Of a stretch of DNA of 64,000 nucleotides, positions 49,794 through 62,910 are shown piece after piece. This DNA is from Parasitella parasitica NRRL 2501 (lineage: Eukaryota; Fungi; Mucoromycota), in the NCBI GenBank assembly GCA_025201805.1, contig MU619310.1, forward strand, positions 64,767 to 128,766, read 5' to 3'. Position 1 is the stretch's first letter; every line of letters starts with the position of its first letter. Made by a program: the position numbers and the translations under genes. Under the pieces are notes generated by a model. The model searched no databases, was not told the origin of the DNA, and saw nothing but the letters and a program-made list of their open reading frames with translations.

Positions 49794-50706
49794 ATGGATG
49801 CCAACAACAACGAAGCCACTAGATTATGGAGGGTTTTCCGCACTGCACATCAAATGGTTCATGACAGAGTAAACTACCTTGAAGACGGAATCAAAATTAC
49901 CAAGCCAACTAAACTACTGACTCAAATTAGGGCTATCTCGTTTCTCAATCAGAGCTCGACATGGATTTGGAATCTTTCAAGCGCTCGTTTGCCCTTTTTT
50001 TTGTTTTTGGCTATGCCTTTAGAAAACTAAATGCTAAATGTGTGTGTCCAGTCGCGACCAGTTGACATTTGTTGTTCAAAAGAAGGACGACCCTATTGAT
50101 CAGTTGCTTGTTTTCTTTCCCAAAGACAGTTCGGTTGGTGTCAAACCTTTAAGAGTGTAAAGTCAAATCCTTGCTGTGATGTAATGCATGTGGTGCCTAA
50201 CCTTTCATATAGCTATGTCGAACGTATGGCACAACAGCAGATCCCCAAGGGTGTCTGTATTTACCAAAAGAGCATGACTTCTTCAGCCAACAAGGTCATC
50301 CAATCTTTGCCTTCAAAGCACACTTTAGAGTCGTTCCAAGAGAATGAATTATTAGTCAACATCACACACCATGTGCTGGTACCTAAACATGAGGTTTTAA
50401 CTACAGAGGAAAAAGCAACCTTGTTGCAAAGATAGTAAGTGTCTGGGTCGTGTGTTGTGTATGTGCATGCTGGACATTTACCATTTGTTCATGGTAGCCG
50501 TTTAAAGGAGACTCAATTGCCTCGTATTCAGCACACTGATCCCGTTGCAAGATACTATGGCTTGAAGCGTGGACAGGTACGTACAAGGCGGTTATGGTAA
50601 AGGGGGGGGGTATTGTGGAGGCTGATTTTTGTTTCGTTAGGTTGTCAAGATTTTAAGAGAAAGTGAAACTGCCGGTCGCTATGTCAGTTATAGATTATGT
50701 ATTTAA
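49794..50706 (+). CDS. RPB5: RNA polymerase I/II/III common subunit RPABC1 (multi-exon)
   Basis: RLWRV...[46 protein letters not shown] and [11 protein letters not shown]. Confidence 0.95.
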
Positions 50707-51933
50707 GAAAAGGAGAGGAGAGGAAACGCTGCTATTCGACCTATCACCACACACAAAACACACAAAACACTCGCCATCTCGAGCTTTTTCCTACTTTCTT
50801 TTATATATTATCACTTTTTACAATACTTCATCATTAAAAATGCCAATCCCCATATATTGCTGTGTGTGCGTATATAAAGATCGCAATGTCAACATGGTAT
50901 CCAGGATCCGCAGAAATTAGATTTATGCTATAATAAACGTTTAGAATTGTTAGGTTGTCTAGGCAGTCAAGGAAATTTCGTTTTACATCTTGTTATTTGC
51001 CGAATTTATATATCAGAACAAACATGTTGTGGCATTACACGACACACCGTGTTTTTATCATTCCTTTTCTTGGGTTGATTTTTTATTATTATTATTATTA
51101 TTATTCTGCCTATAATTCCTGATCTGTTGTGTTTCTATTATTTTATGTTTCGCTCTTACTATTCATTACTCTCTGGCCAACAGTTGGTAAGCTTTATTAG
51201 TCCTTCATCAACATTTTTTTATTTTTAGATATAAATCATAACGCATTACAATTTATTCAATCTTTTCAGACTCAAACATGGCAGAACTTGGCCATAAAAG
51301 CATATGTCCATACCGTTAGATTTTTTGCAAGTAATAGATCCAACCTTACAGTTTTTTATTGAAACTGTTTTGTTGCCGCTTCAACACGGTTGGGACATTT
51401 CTGAGCATATCTTTTAATTGCAAAGGCCACAGTTATTGATCAAGGTGTTTAGACCATTTATTTTGACTAATTTTTGTTAAAGGTACAGTATGCTTTTACA
51501 GAAAAAAGAAAGACATCAAAGCCAAAATACGAAAGTCCTTTAGTAAGCTTAACTGAGAGGTAAAGGAACAAGAGAATTTGAGCATTCAAATCAAAGATGC
51601 CAAGTTTGATTCTCCTTTTTCTATTGGAAAACATTTGATCAATCTTTCCCGACACCTGCAAGAATACGAAACGAACCTTTAAAGTGATGCAACCATTCCT
51701 AGGGCTTGCTGGGACTTTATTTATGAATAGCATCCTTCTGAATAATCAAGACAGCATACTTAATATGCCTTTTTTATTAAAAAATAAATAAATTTATAAA
51801 AAGGCAGTGATGCTATACAGCGACAGGTAAAGAACAAGAAAAATGCGTTAAAATGAAGGAAAGGCCACTTGCAATGATTCAACATTTTATTATGGTTATA
51901 CTGTCATGTTATATGTATATGCCATCCGAGCTT

Positions 51934-53072
51934 TCAGACTACATTGGAGCTCCTTTTCGTGGGTAATCTACTTACATAATGCTGCTGTTGAGTTGTGGTC
52001 GCTGTCGAAGCGGTTACTTTTGGAATATCATGGTTAGCCAATGCTATACCAAACGCAGCTTTTGGGATTTTACTTTGCTGCTGAGTTGTGTGTGATTTGG
52101 CTATAGATGGTCGCTTTTCTTGGCTTTTGTCGTCCTGTTGGCTATGGCGGCTACAGGAGCTGCTTGTGCTGCCACTAGAGACTGAATTCCTTTCCAATGA
52201 CAGGTTAGATGAGGAAGAAGAAGCACTCCAAGTAGCAGCAGGTGCTGCTAATACGTCTTTGTTTGTTGTATTATTGGTATGCTGACGAGCAGGCACAGGT
52301 ATAAAGCTGCCGCTTGACCCTCGTCTATCGCTTTTAAGCGTTGTAGAAAAGGTCGACTTTTGTAATGGTTCTTCTGTTAAAACTGACTGCTGCTTACGAG
52401 GAATTAAGGATACCACTGATTTTCTCTTTGTCATCTTTGAGATTTCCTTGGGTAGCGAGGCATCTTCTTGTTGATTTCTGCCTGTGCTTGTCTCATTCGA
52501 TTGCAGGAGCTGCGGTGATGGTTCTGGTTGCACTGCTTGTGGGGGTTCTACCTGTGATTGCTCTGCTTGTGCTGATGCTGCAAGTTTTGGCGTTATGGCT
52601 GTACTGGCTATTGGCGTTTCTGCGATTAGTAAATCATGGGATCCTTGATCAACAATAACGCAATTTTCCAAAAGTGATGTTATTGTAGTTGGTAGCTGTT
52701 CGTGCTCTTTTAGCTGTTCTAAAACTGGTTGATCTGTCTCTTCTCCTACTGCCATGACCTTGTCTTCTGCTGCTGAATTAGGAGTATGAGCTTCAACCTC
52801 TTCAAAGGCTGAATCTTCTTCCCTGTCTTGTTCATTGTTCTCTTCAGCCTCAACCTCTTCTGCTGATGGTCCAGTCCCATTAACAAGCTCTGCTTGCTGA
52901 ACATCATCAGTTAGGCGCAATGTTGTATCAACCAATGCGGGCAAGCTTTCGCAATTGTCATTTAGAGTTGCTCCTTGTTTCTCTACATGCAAGGGGCTAG
53001 TAAAAATTTTATCAAGTTTCGAGTTCGTATTAGTAACAGGCAAACCCAGTGGGCTATTTACTTTCTTTTTGT

Positions 53073-53111
<39 letters not shown>

Positions 53112-53588
53112 ATCGTTTGATGGTGAATCAAGCATCGAAGGCTCTGAGGATGGAGATGAAGCAGCGGTTGCCAACGCATCGTCATTGTCGGCCGTGGTTG
53201 TTTCTTTCCCAGCAGTTGTGTCGATATGATTGTCAGGATAGGAGGGCGAATAGCACTCCGTAATATCCTCAACCTCTTGGCCAGATGTTTTACTATTGAT
53301 TTGAGGTGGGATTTCAAGCTTGTCACTTGGCAGCTCCTCTTCCTTTAATTGTGAACTGCCGAGCAAGCTCGAGTCATCATTTTGCAAGTTTAACTGACGC
53401 CGACTATCATGATTTGTTTGGGTATTTTCTGTCGCTGACAGTGATGGTTTTGGCTGCAATGGCGTTGAAGAGGGAGATGGCGGGAGAGGCTTATTGGTAT
53501 CCGTATTAACAGAGGCTATTGATGCTGCTGCCTCTGTGGAAGATTTCGCCTGCTTGATTTTTGATAATCTCTTTTTGAAAAATTTCAT
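51934..53588 (-). CDS. Low-complexity, probably disordered hypothetical protein; frame broken at a long homopolymer
   Basis: ORFs 53588-53058 and 53043-51934 have similar composition and join if the A-run (~53074-53108) changes length. Confidence 0.55.
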
Positions 53589-53778
53589 GTTTTGATCTTG
53601 CAGCAATAAAATTGAAAATGGAAAAATACGAAAGAGAAAGAGGAGCTGATAGAAAATCATGAGAAAAAAAACAAAAAAAGAAAAAAGGTATCATCGTCGC
53701 CTGCATTATACATGTAGTTTATAATAAACTTTCTTTGTAGTAATAAAAAAGGGGGGGGGGGAGGGTTAAACCAAAAAA

Positions 53779-55362
53779 TTATATATAGAAATTAGAAAGG
53801 CCTTGATCATCAATAATGGAAGCGTTATACACATAACCAATGACTACAGAATTTGTATTCAAATTTGATATCAAACAGATACGAGATCCTGGATTAATAG
53901 GGTCGTCGCCATCCATTCCAATTGACTCCAGATGCTGGTCTACTGAATCCGCTGAAGACCCGAGGCTAGATGCCAGTACCCGGCCACTAACTGAGCGTAA
54001 TAATAGGAATGATAAGCCTGTGCATGGAACAGGTGGTGGCGGTAAATCAACGTTGCTGTTATCCAGAGGTACCAAGATAGGCATTCGATGATCTTTGAAT
54101 GCCATATTGATGCTATCAAATGCTTTGGCGGTTTTTGCATTACCGCTGTTTAATTGCTCTAAATATTTGGATGTAGCTTGGCCGTATGTAAGGCCATTCA
54201 AATACTGCACCGTATTTGAATATGCATAACCTGCATCCCAGATCATCACACCGCCAAAACTTCTGCTACGTCTGATATCGTCCAAGATCACTGTTAATTT
54301 CTCGTAGCTGACATAGCCTGTATCCATATGATTTTCTTTGCCCAGTATACCGAGATAGATCTTGGTACGTCCTTTTGTTCGTTGCTGAGCCCAAGTATCC
54401 CAAACATCAAAGTTGAACTGCGTAGATCCTCTGGTTTGGTGTGCTGAAGCAGAGCAGTAATTGTTGTAGAACTGGACGAATACCATGTCTGGATAAGCAT
54501 CGTATTTGGGCGCAGGATGAAGTATGTTGTACACTGCGTTTTTTGGATAGTAATCTAAATCTGGACATTGTGGTGCAGCTGTAATCAGGTATTCGCGAGG
54601 TGGGTACTGTGTCTTGTATAACTGACGCAGCGTATCGATATGACGATCGTAGCCAAGTCCATCAACAGCTATAACTAGCTTAGTTTTTTTTTTTTTTTTT
54701 GATATTCCACGGGTCATACATCTACTTACATTCAGGATCATAATCAACGCCATCAAGAATGGCATCTCCAAAAGGCCTTGGCACTGTTTTGTCTGTGCCG
54801 CCCAAGAATTTGTTCCACATCCACCAAGCAAAAAGGTCCGGATCCCAATTTTGTTTGTGGTAGGGGCCTGCAGCACCACCAACAGACATGAGTACTTTAA
54901 TACCTTTTTGTTGACAGTATTTGATATCGTGTGCTGCTTCAATACAGTTTTCTACGTTGTTGCAATTATCTGAAAGGTTCAATATGGGTGATTTTCTAGG
55001 TCCACCTATAAAGTCAACCACAAAACCAACGACCACAATAGATACACCTTCTTGATCGCAATAGTAAGACAGCCGTCTTTCTCCAAAATCGCCTTGGCCC
55101 CAATACAAAACAGTATTATTGATATTATTTCGTTGCTAGAGAATTCAAACGATTAAAACACTTGTCTCCATAGAAATTTGATATGCAAAGACTTTACAGT
55201 ATCATCTGATGCTCTAAACAAAGGTATGCTTGACACTGCATTGTCTAGGTCTTGCTCGATGGCTACACTTAACGAGTTTATATCATTATCTATTTGAGCA
55301 AATGCAAAGTGTTGTAGAACAGTGGCGGAAATGTAGATGAGCGTCCATGCTATGCTCTTCAT
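53779..55362 (-). CDS. Secreted GH18 class III chitinase (multi-exon) with a C-terminal extension
   Basis: Signal peptide, YWGQ, KVLMSVGGA, RPFGDAILDGVDYDPE (DxxDxDxE), TAAPQCP, VQFYNNYC and FGGVMIWDA. Confidence 0.92.
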
Positions 55363-55808
55363 TTTTGTGTGCAAGGTTAAATAAAAAATAAAAAAAAAAA
55401 AGGCATAGGAAATATTTTGTCTTGCACAAGGTATATGTATATTGTTGATGGCTTCATGTATCAACGAGACAAGAGGAATGGTTAACGGAATGCAAATCGA
55501 CTGATATCCTCGGCACTACATTATCTAATCAGTAGCATAGCGAGTTCATAGCTAGTGTTTTGCGTTTTTCGGTAGATTATGAAATGCTGGAAACGCTCAA
55601 TTGCCATTTCAACGGAACGTCTTGACCGCCCAGTTTAATGTGTACAAATATATTTGGATAGCAACCAGGCACAAAGCTTCCAGGAACAGGATTCCAAAAA
55701 TAGAAAGGAGAATTTCTCTGCTTTGCAACAAAAAAAGCTGTAAAAATACGTGCGATTTTATTAAATGTGCTAGAATATAATTTATCCCAGAGTACAGTAA
55801 TAATACTG

Positions 55809-57289
55809 TTAAAAGATAGTTCCGTCGCTCTATTTGAAATTTTCTCGTATGAGTATACATGTTATCAAGTAGTATCGATTAAGCATATGTTCATACCTGG
55901 ATGACAATAGGTGGTCCGCCGTCCTTGGGTCTTAGCTTGGCAGCAATTTCTCTGCCAGCTGTCCAGGTGCCTCCCTCCAGAACTTGAGCTAATCGAAGCT
56001 GACGGCCTAGCTTAGCTTCTAGGCGCTCTTTGATTTTGTCTAGATATACTACAGTCAAGGCACGCCATTCCACAATCACACGATCAGAGCCCTCAAATGA
56101 AGGCAAGTCTCCAGAAGAGCTAAGCATGCCGCGCTCAGCTTCTGCAGGCTTTAGCTTCAAAAGACCATAGTCTATTAGCAACCCGCCATTGCGATATTCA
56201 GGCAAGCCTGTCATTTGCTCCACGCCATCCACAGCAAGGCCCAAAGAAAGCTCCATGGCTTCAATGAGTGAATACGTGAGCCATTGAGACAGCTTATGGA
56301 AAGGTACCAAGTTTTCATGGTCGCCAGCATCCTTCAATGAGGCACAAGGCCAAACGTCTCCGAGCTGGATACCGTTGATTTGCACTCGAGCAGGCCAGAT
56401 TTCTCCCAGACTCATCACGGCCTCCCATAACTTTTCAATGCGTACATTTTTTGCTTGGGAGTCATGTTCGACAGAAGACAAGACGTAGTCTTTTGTGCGC
56501 ATGTGTCAGAGTGAATGCAATATGGATAGTGTAGACATTTGGAGCACTTACCGATAAGGTTGCCAGGTCTAGGTGATTCGCCATTGATGGAAGGAAAGTA
56601 CGTGGGCTGATTTTCGACAGCTTTGGATAATTTCTTTAGTAAGTTGGAACGACCTTCTAGACCTACCATAGGGTTCTCTTCCGTGACTTGGAAGCCCTCA
56701 GTCATACGCTGCAACGTAATAGCATCCAATCCATTCACTAAAAATAAACAAGAAAAATAAGCAGTCTGTATTTGTTGTTGGGCATCATGCTAGGAGACAG
56801 TTTTCTCACGGTAGACAACATACCGTCAACACGATCTAGGGCCTCCTTTGAGCTAGAAAAATCGCCTTTCAAGAACATATCAAAGGAGGCTAATGCAAGG
56901 CCTTCAGACCTTCCGACTAGCTCGCCGCCACTTGTCTTGTAGCGCCAAGCTTGGCCAGCACCAGCGTCCACCAGCACAGAAACAATGACCAGATCAATCA
57001 ACCGACGTGCTTGTTCAACAGCATCGACTCCTTCTGTCTGCCAACGGTTGCGAAGAGCTTGGAGCTGCTTGGCGTCAAAGTGTCTCAACCTCGAATGAGG
57101 CGGGGTTTTATCAAGGTCTGGATAGCGACGTTGAGTGGTTTCAGCGACGTGGTCCACAATAGCATCCAAAGCAGTTTCGTCCAGCTCAAAACAGGTCAAC
57201 TCTCCAAGCAGCCCTTTCTCATATACCTGCAAACATCTATCACGGATAGATTTGAGAGTACGAAGGTAATCTTGCGCCAGAATAGTCAT
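55809..57289 (-). CDS. URC4: Uracil catabolism protein 4 / Urg3-like (DUF1688), 4 exons
   Basis: PPHSRLRHF, VSVLVDAGAG, RSEGLALAS, FHKLSQWLTYSL, TGLPEYRNGGL and LEGGTW. The last exon (55809-55829) encodes SDGTIF*. Confidence 0.9.
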
Positions 57290-57601
57290 CTATTTTTTTT
57301 TTTTTTTCAAGTGAGGGGGAGAGAAAGAAGAGCAAAGAAGCATGGCTACCCAACGGATTAGAATTAATATTGCAATCAGATTACGTTTTGCATGATAAAC
57401 ACGCTCCCCACGTCGCACAATATTTGTTCTTGCATAAACGTAAACATGCAACTTACGGAATATGCTCCAAGATTGGACATGTCATCCCTTATACTTTTTT
57501 TTTTTGCAAGAGACTACTTTGTAGTTTGTCTATCTAGCAGACATTACCGAGGTATGTTTTAATAATCTATGGGGTTTTTTTTTATTCTCATTGTACAAAA
57601 A

Positions 57602-60600
57602 TTACAAGCTCGTTACCCAACGAGTGCCTTCTCTACGCTGCTCCACTTGAATCGGCGGCAATGGCCAGCTCTTTGGGCCAAAACTAGGCACAACATAGAC
57701 CAGTTTGCGGTCCTTTTTATCCGAGGTGTATTTTGGTAATGGGAAATCCAAGGGTCTACCAAACGAGCAGAGGTCTTTGCCAATCTTTGCTATCCACTTG
57801 GGCTCCACTGCAGTCACTCCCTTGAGCCAGGTCTTTCCTCCTTTGTACAATTCACTGTAAATCAGCATGGCAGGAGGCTCTTGGCCGTAGAGAACAGAAC
57901 TCGGGTGGATAAAGGCTTCCTCGTCGCTCCACAGCAGCTTGTAAACAACATTTCTCGAGTTTTTGTAGCGGATGCCCTTACCGCCGCCAGTGTCTAGTAC
58001 ATCTTGACGGATGGCTACCGAGTCTATAAAGCCAGCAGAGAGCACTTGTCGCAGCACTTTGAGCTGAACGTTGTTGGGAGGCTTCATTTTGGGATCTACG
58101 CAGACGTCGATCTCGGGAAAGTTGCTGGACACCAGGTTGGTGAGCTGGCGTCTTAGTTTGCGGATTTCCTCCATGGCTTTTGGCCGTAAAAAGTTGTCGT
58201 TGCAAAAGGAAGCAGTTGCACCAGCAAATTCATAAGCCCCGACTACATTCAGTAGTTTTAAAATGTCGCTGGAAGGGTCTAATCCAGCATGCTTCATTCG
58301 AGAAGAATAGTAATTTTTTCTGACAAGCTTTCGTCTTTCCTTTTCAGCAACCGATTCACTGGTAATGTTGTGTAATTCACGACGACCTAAATCGTCCTCG
58401 TCGCTGTCTTCCGGCTGGTTTTCATCCAAATGATAATCCTGAATGAAGGGATCACCAACTGAGAGAGCAGAAACAATGGCAATGACAAAGGGCAAGCAGT
58501 CGTGCTGTTGCCCAATAATGAGCATCTTTGCAAATCGAGGTGTGATGGGGAATAGCGACATTGTTTGTCCGAATTCGGTAATGTGTTTTGTCGTTGTGTT
58601 GATTGCTCCAAGATAGCCCAAAAGCTTCTCTGCCTTGAACAAGTTCTCTCTTGGCGGCGGTGTAGGAAAAGGAAAGTTGACGACATTGTCAATGTTCATT
58701 GCCTTCATGCTCAAGACTACGCCTTCAATGGGCATACGGTGGATTTCAGGCGTAGAAAACTTGTCGAATTCGTTGTCAAAGACAGCAGAGGAGAATAGTC
58801 TGTAACAATGGCCAGGACCAGTTCTACCAGCACGGCCTGCACGCTGTCCAGCAGATGCCTGCGATGTCCAGTCAATCTCGAACGACTGCACTCCCGTCTC
58901 TACATCGTATTTGCGTTCTTTGGATTTACCGCAATCGACCACATAGCGAACGCCAGGGATTGTCACGGATGTTTCTGCAACATTTGTCGCAATGACACAG
59001 AGACGTGTTCCCTCGGGTGGAGGCTCAAACACACGAAGCTGCGCTTCAGTTGGCAGCATAGAGTACAACGGAAGCACATGTAATGGCGCTATTGGGCGTG
59101 CTGTTAGAGTTTTTATCGGCATTGCATATAGTTTGCGGCTTACCATCCTTTACATCTTCAAGCTCCTCGTCTTCAAACCCTTCGCCTATATCATCACCAT
59201 CGTCGTCGTCGTCATCCTCATCAGATTCCAAGTCGAAATCTTCGTCTATCTGGTTATCACCCAGCTCCAACGCTTCATCCTCTATATCAGCTATTCAAGA
59301 TGAAATGTTAGCACTATGCAGTGCTGACAGCTGCACTCAACATACCTTTCCCAGCTGGCTCGCTTACTTTTTTCGATTCAATTTCAATAGCACGTTCTTC
59401 CTTGTTCATCTCTTTCTCTGTCGCTTTGGGAGGCAACGCAGGGTATCTTTTACGCAATTGCTTGCACAGCTGATTGATCTCATTTTGGCCTGTCAGAAAC
59501 ACAAGGATGCCGCCAGTAGGTAGGCGCTCGTGTATCTTGGTGATCTTTTTATAGGCTTCGCCCACATGGTCTAGTGGCGTTTTCTTGTTAAAGTGGATAG
59601 CAACTGGGTATTGTCTGGCATTGACGTTGATAACAGGGGGAACGACGGGAAACAGGGTCTTGTTCTCTGTAAAATCCGATACACGCAGGGTGGCAGACAT
59701 GATAACAACACGCAGTGGCTTGATTGTCTCTCTGTCTTCTCGGCTCAATTCGGCCCTTAGCTTGAGCACACGGCTTACAACACCAATTAGGATATCTGTG
59801 TTTAGATTGCGTTCATGCGCTTCGTCGATAATGATGGTAGAATACTTTGTCAGTAGCAAGTCTTGCGACATCTCGCGTAAAAGCACACCGTCCGTCATGA
59901 ACTTGATCCGCGTCTTTTCAGAGACAGTGGCATCGTAACGGATCTGATACGACACCTCCTTGTCTGTCAAGTTGAGCTCTTGTGCCACACGTTTAGCCAT
60001 GCTTACTGTGGCTACACGGCGAGGCTGTGTTACACCGATCAAGCCAGGATTGTCAGAGTCAGGGTGCGACCAGCCTGCTTCGTACAAAAATTGAGGAACC
60101 TGCGTAGTCTTACCAGAGCCTGTCTCACCGCAGATAATGACAACCGTGTTGTTACGGATGGCTTCCATGATGGTCTGCTCTTCGCCACACACTGGCAATT
60201 TAAGGCGCGCTGCCTGGATCTCGGGTGTGCGGTTGACGGAAACATAAAACGGCTTTGCGACGTCTTGGGCTAAATCACCTTCACGATTACTCTTTAAAAG
60301 CTGCATTTTGATATCGTCAAATTCCTCTTCTTGTCGTGGAGCAACGTCGCCTACAATATGTTTTGCTGCTTCTGTCACAGCTTCGATCTGCGTGGGCCCT
60401 TTGTTTGTCACTGTGTCTAAAAGATCCGCCACCTTTGCGTGCTGTCTATGCTGCTGCTCTTGATCTGAGTCGTCGTCGTTTTCTGAATCAGAACTGTCAA
60501 AAGAGGAATCAGAGTCCATTCCTTTTCTTTGCTTGTATCTCTTTTTAGCGATGCTGGGGATAGTGGATTGCTTCTTCTTTCTCTTGCGCATCACAGGCGG

Positions 60601-61434
60601 TAGTCCGCCACCTGCTGCTAATGCGCTGCCCACAACTGGCTGCTCTTTGGGTGCTTCAGCTGCATAGACGATTTCTGGCATAGGAGGTAGCTCATCACTA
60701 TCCTTTTCAACAAGCAGTGGCACAGTCTCATCGCTCATAGCAACCCCGGCCTTTTGCTCCAACATGGCTTGTCGCAGCTGCTCACGCAATGTTTGTCCAG
60801 ATCGACCTATCAATTTGGATGACTTTAACAAATCTGACGACCATGAAGCGGTTCTATGCAAACAAGTTGTGAGTTACATGTGTCTAATTGCGAAAGGGGG
60901 TCATACTTGCGAGAGCTTTTCGATCAAGCCTGCTCTAGCATCCTTCTTCAATTTTTGTTCCTGTACAAGATGGTTTTGAGACGCTGCGTGCAAAAATATG
61001 CAAAGGTGGTACTCACAATGTATTTCTCCATCTTTTTCCTCTTCTTTTTTGACATGTACTTTTCGGGCTACTCGATAGAAAACTTTAGAATACTGTGGTA
61101 CAACGGTAGAATGTCAAAGTGTTTACCTCTTTGAAAGACTCTGTGGGCTTGGGATTAGCGGGTTGGTTTGGATCCAATTTGTTGGAATCACCGGGCACAA
61201 TCATCAGCTCATTTGAATTGCTACTGCATGATGGGATGAGTATTTTTTTTTTTTTTTCCATGTTGTTATGACATACCTTTCATTGCGCTCTAGCGGTTGA
61301 CATGTTGTTGGGTTTGATGAATCATACGTGTGCTGTCCCAAACCTCCGTCTCTAGCCTTTGGATGAGGTCTTTGATTAGGCTTTCGAGAAGACGCCCTAG
61401 CCTTTTCGTTAAAACGAGGTCTTGACTTGCCCAT
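57602..61434 (-). CDS. DHR1: DEAH-box RNA helicase Dhr1/DHX37 (multi-exon)
   Basis: GETGSGKTTQ, TQPRRVA, DEAH, SAT and QRAGRAGR motifs. The N-terminal MGK.RPRFNEKAR and the acidic insert are typical of Dhr1/Ecm16. Confidence 0.92.
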
Positions 61435-61669
61435 TCTTTTGCAAGTTTTATCAGAAAGAAAAGTGTGTCGGTCGAAAACAATCGCAAAAATCATGTAAAT
61501 GCTTACATTCATGTGACATTTTTTACTCTTTGAGGGCTTTTTTTTTTGCGCCTATTCCACGCCANNNNNNNNNNNNNNNNNNNNNNNNNNNNNNNNNNNN
61601 NNNNNNNNNNNNNNNNNNNNNNNNNNNNNNNNNNNNNNNNNNNNNNNNNNNNNNNTTTCCAACGACATT

Positions 61670-62785
61670 ATGTCTGCAAAGGACAGGAAACAAGATTTAT
61701 TCGGTCTTGAGAACGATAGTGAAGAGGAAAATATCGCTGTGGAGCAAGAAGAAGAGCAAGAGGACAGTCGCTTCTCTGCTTCTCGTTTGCAAATGCACTC
61801 CTTTGACAGCGATGACAGTGATGATGGCAGTGACGATGGCAGTGACGATGGCAGTGACGATGGCAGTGACGATGGCAGTGATGATGGCAGTGACGATGGC
61901 AGCGATCAAGATCAAAAAGACGAGCAGAAAAAAGACGCAAAATCTGACGAGAAACAAGACATGAAAGCTGATCAGAAGCAAGACGAGAAGGAATCAAAAA
62001 ATACTATACCTGATTATCTGTCTTCCTCTTCCGAGAACGATTTGGAAGACGAAGAGGGATTCGATGCTGCGGGCAAAAAGATGCAAAAATCCAAAAAGCT
62101 CAGAAAATTATCACCCAAAGAACTTGAAGAATTTGAAAGGGCTAGAAACAGAGCTGGAGTTTGTTATCTATCTCGCATTCCGCCGTTTATGAGACCCAAA
62201 AAGGTGCGATCTCTGCTGGCCAAGCATGCTGAAATTGGGCGTATCTTTCTTGTTCCTGAGGATCCCAAGACGACAGCCCGCCGTAAAAAGTATACAAAAA
62301 GCAAGGGGACCTGTTTTGTAGAAGGATGGGTTGAATTCAAAGACAAGAAACGAGCAAGAGCACTAGCCGAGTATCTGAACACAAGGCAAATGGGTGGAAA
62401 ACGAACAAATCCTTACTATGATGAATTGTGGAGCATTAAATACTTGCCAAGGTTCAAGTGGCACAATTTAGCAGAACACTTGGTTCATGAAAGACAGGCT
62501 CGCAAACAGCGTCTTCGTGCTGAAATTGCACAAGCGACCCGCGAAAACAAAAACTATATTCAAAATGTGGAGCGTTCTAAAATGTTGCAAAATATGGAAC
62601 AAAAGAAGCGCAAACGCCAATCTGCAGCTGAGGGACAACAGCAGCCTCAGAAAATACAGCGAACATTTGCACAGAGATCCAAAGTCAATCGTCAAGTCGA
62701 CCCGTCAAAATCAGGCAGACAGGCATTTGAAAAGATGGATTCAGACGTCAAGAATATCATCGGCAACATATTTTCCAAGAAATAA
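61670..62785 (+). CDS. ESF2: Pre-rRNA processing protein Esf2/ABT1
   Basis: Acidic N-terminus, GVCYLSRIPPFM.P, EGWVEF and W.IKYLPRFKW.NL. Confidence 0.93.
   Translation: MSAKDRKQDLFGLENDSEEENIAVEQEEEQEDSRFSASRLQMHSFDSDDSDDGSDDGSDDGSDDGSDDGSDDGSDDGSDQDQKDEQKKDAKSDEKQDMKADQKQDEKESKNTIPDYLSSSSENDLEDEEGFDAAGKKMQKSKKLRKLSPKELEEFERARNRAGVCYLSRIPPFMRPKKVRSLLAKHAEIGRIFLVPEDPKTTARRKKYTKSKGTCFVEGWVEFKDKKRARALAEYLNTRQMGGKRTNPYYDELWSIKYLPRFKWHNLAEHLVHERQARKQRLRAEIAQATRENKNYIQNVERSKMLQNMEQKKRKRQSAAEGQQQPQKIQRTFAQRSKVNRQVDPSKSGRQAFEKMDSDVKNIIGNIFSKK
61808..61906 (+). repeat. 12-bp coding minisatellite (gaYgatggcagY) encoding (DDGS)x7
   Basis: Visible directly within ESF2. Confidence 0.95.
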
Positions 62786-62910
62786 CACATATAATTACCG
62801 CTCTCTCTTTCGTTTCTTTTCTTTTCTTTTTTTTTTTTATATATATACATATATATATATATATAATATATACATACAATATATACATTCATCGCATCCA
62901 CACATCAGCC

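Noticed and set aside
57602-61434. RNA helicase as a possible Mucorales sex-locus marker (rnhA)
   Set aside because: It is Dhr1/DHX37. No HMG-box sexP/sexM or triose-phosphate transporter gene is adjacent.
61668-61997. Antisense and alternative-frame ORFs with CHRH or AIVT repeats
   Set aside because: These are shadow frames of the 12-bp DDGS minisatellite in ESF2.
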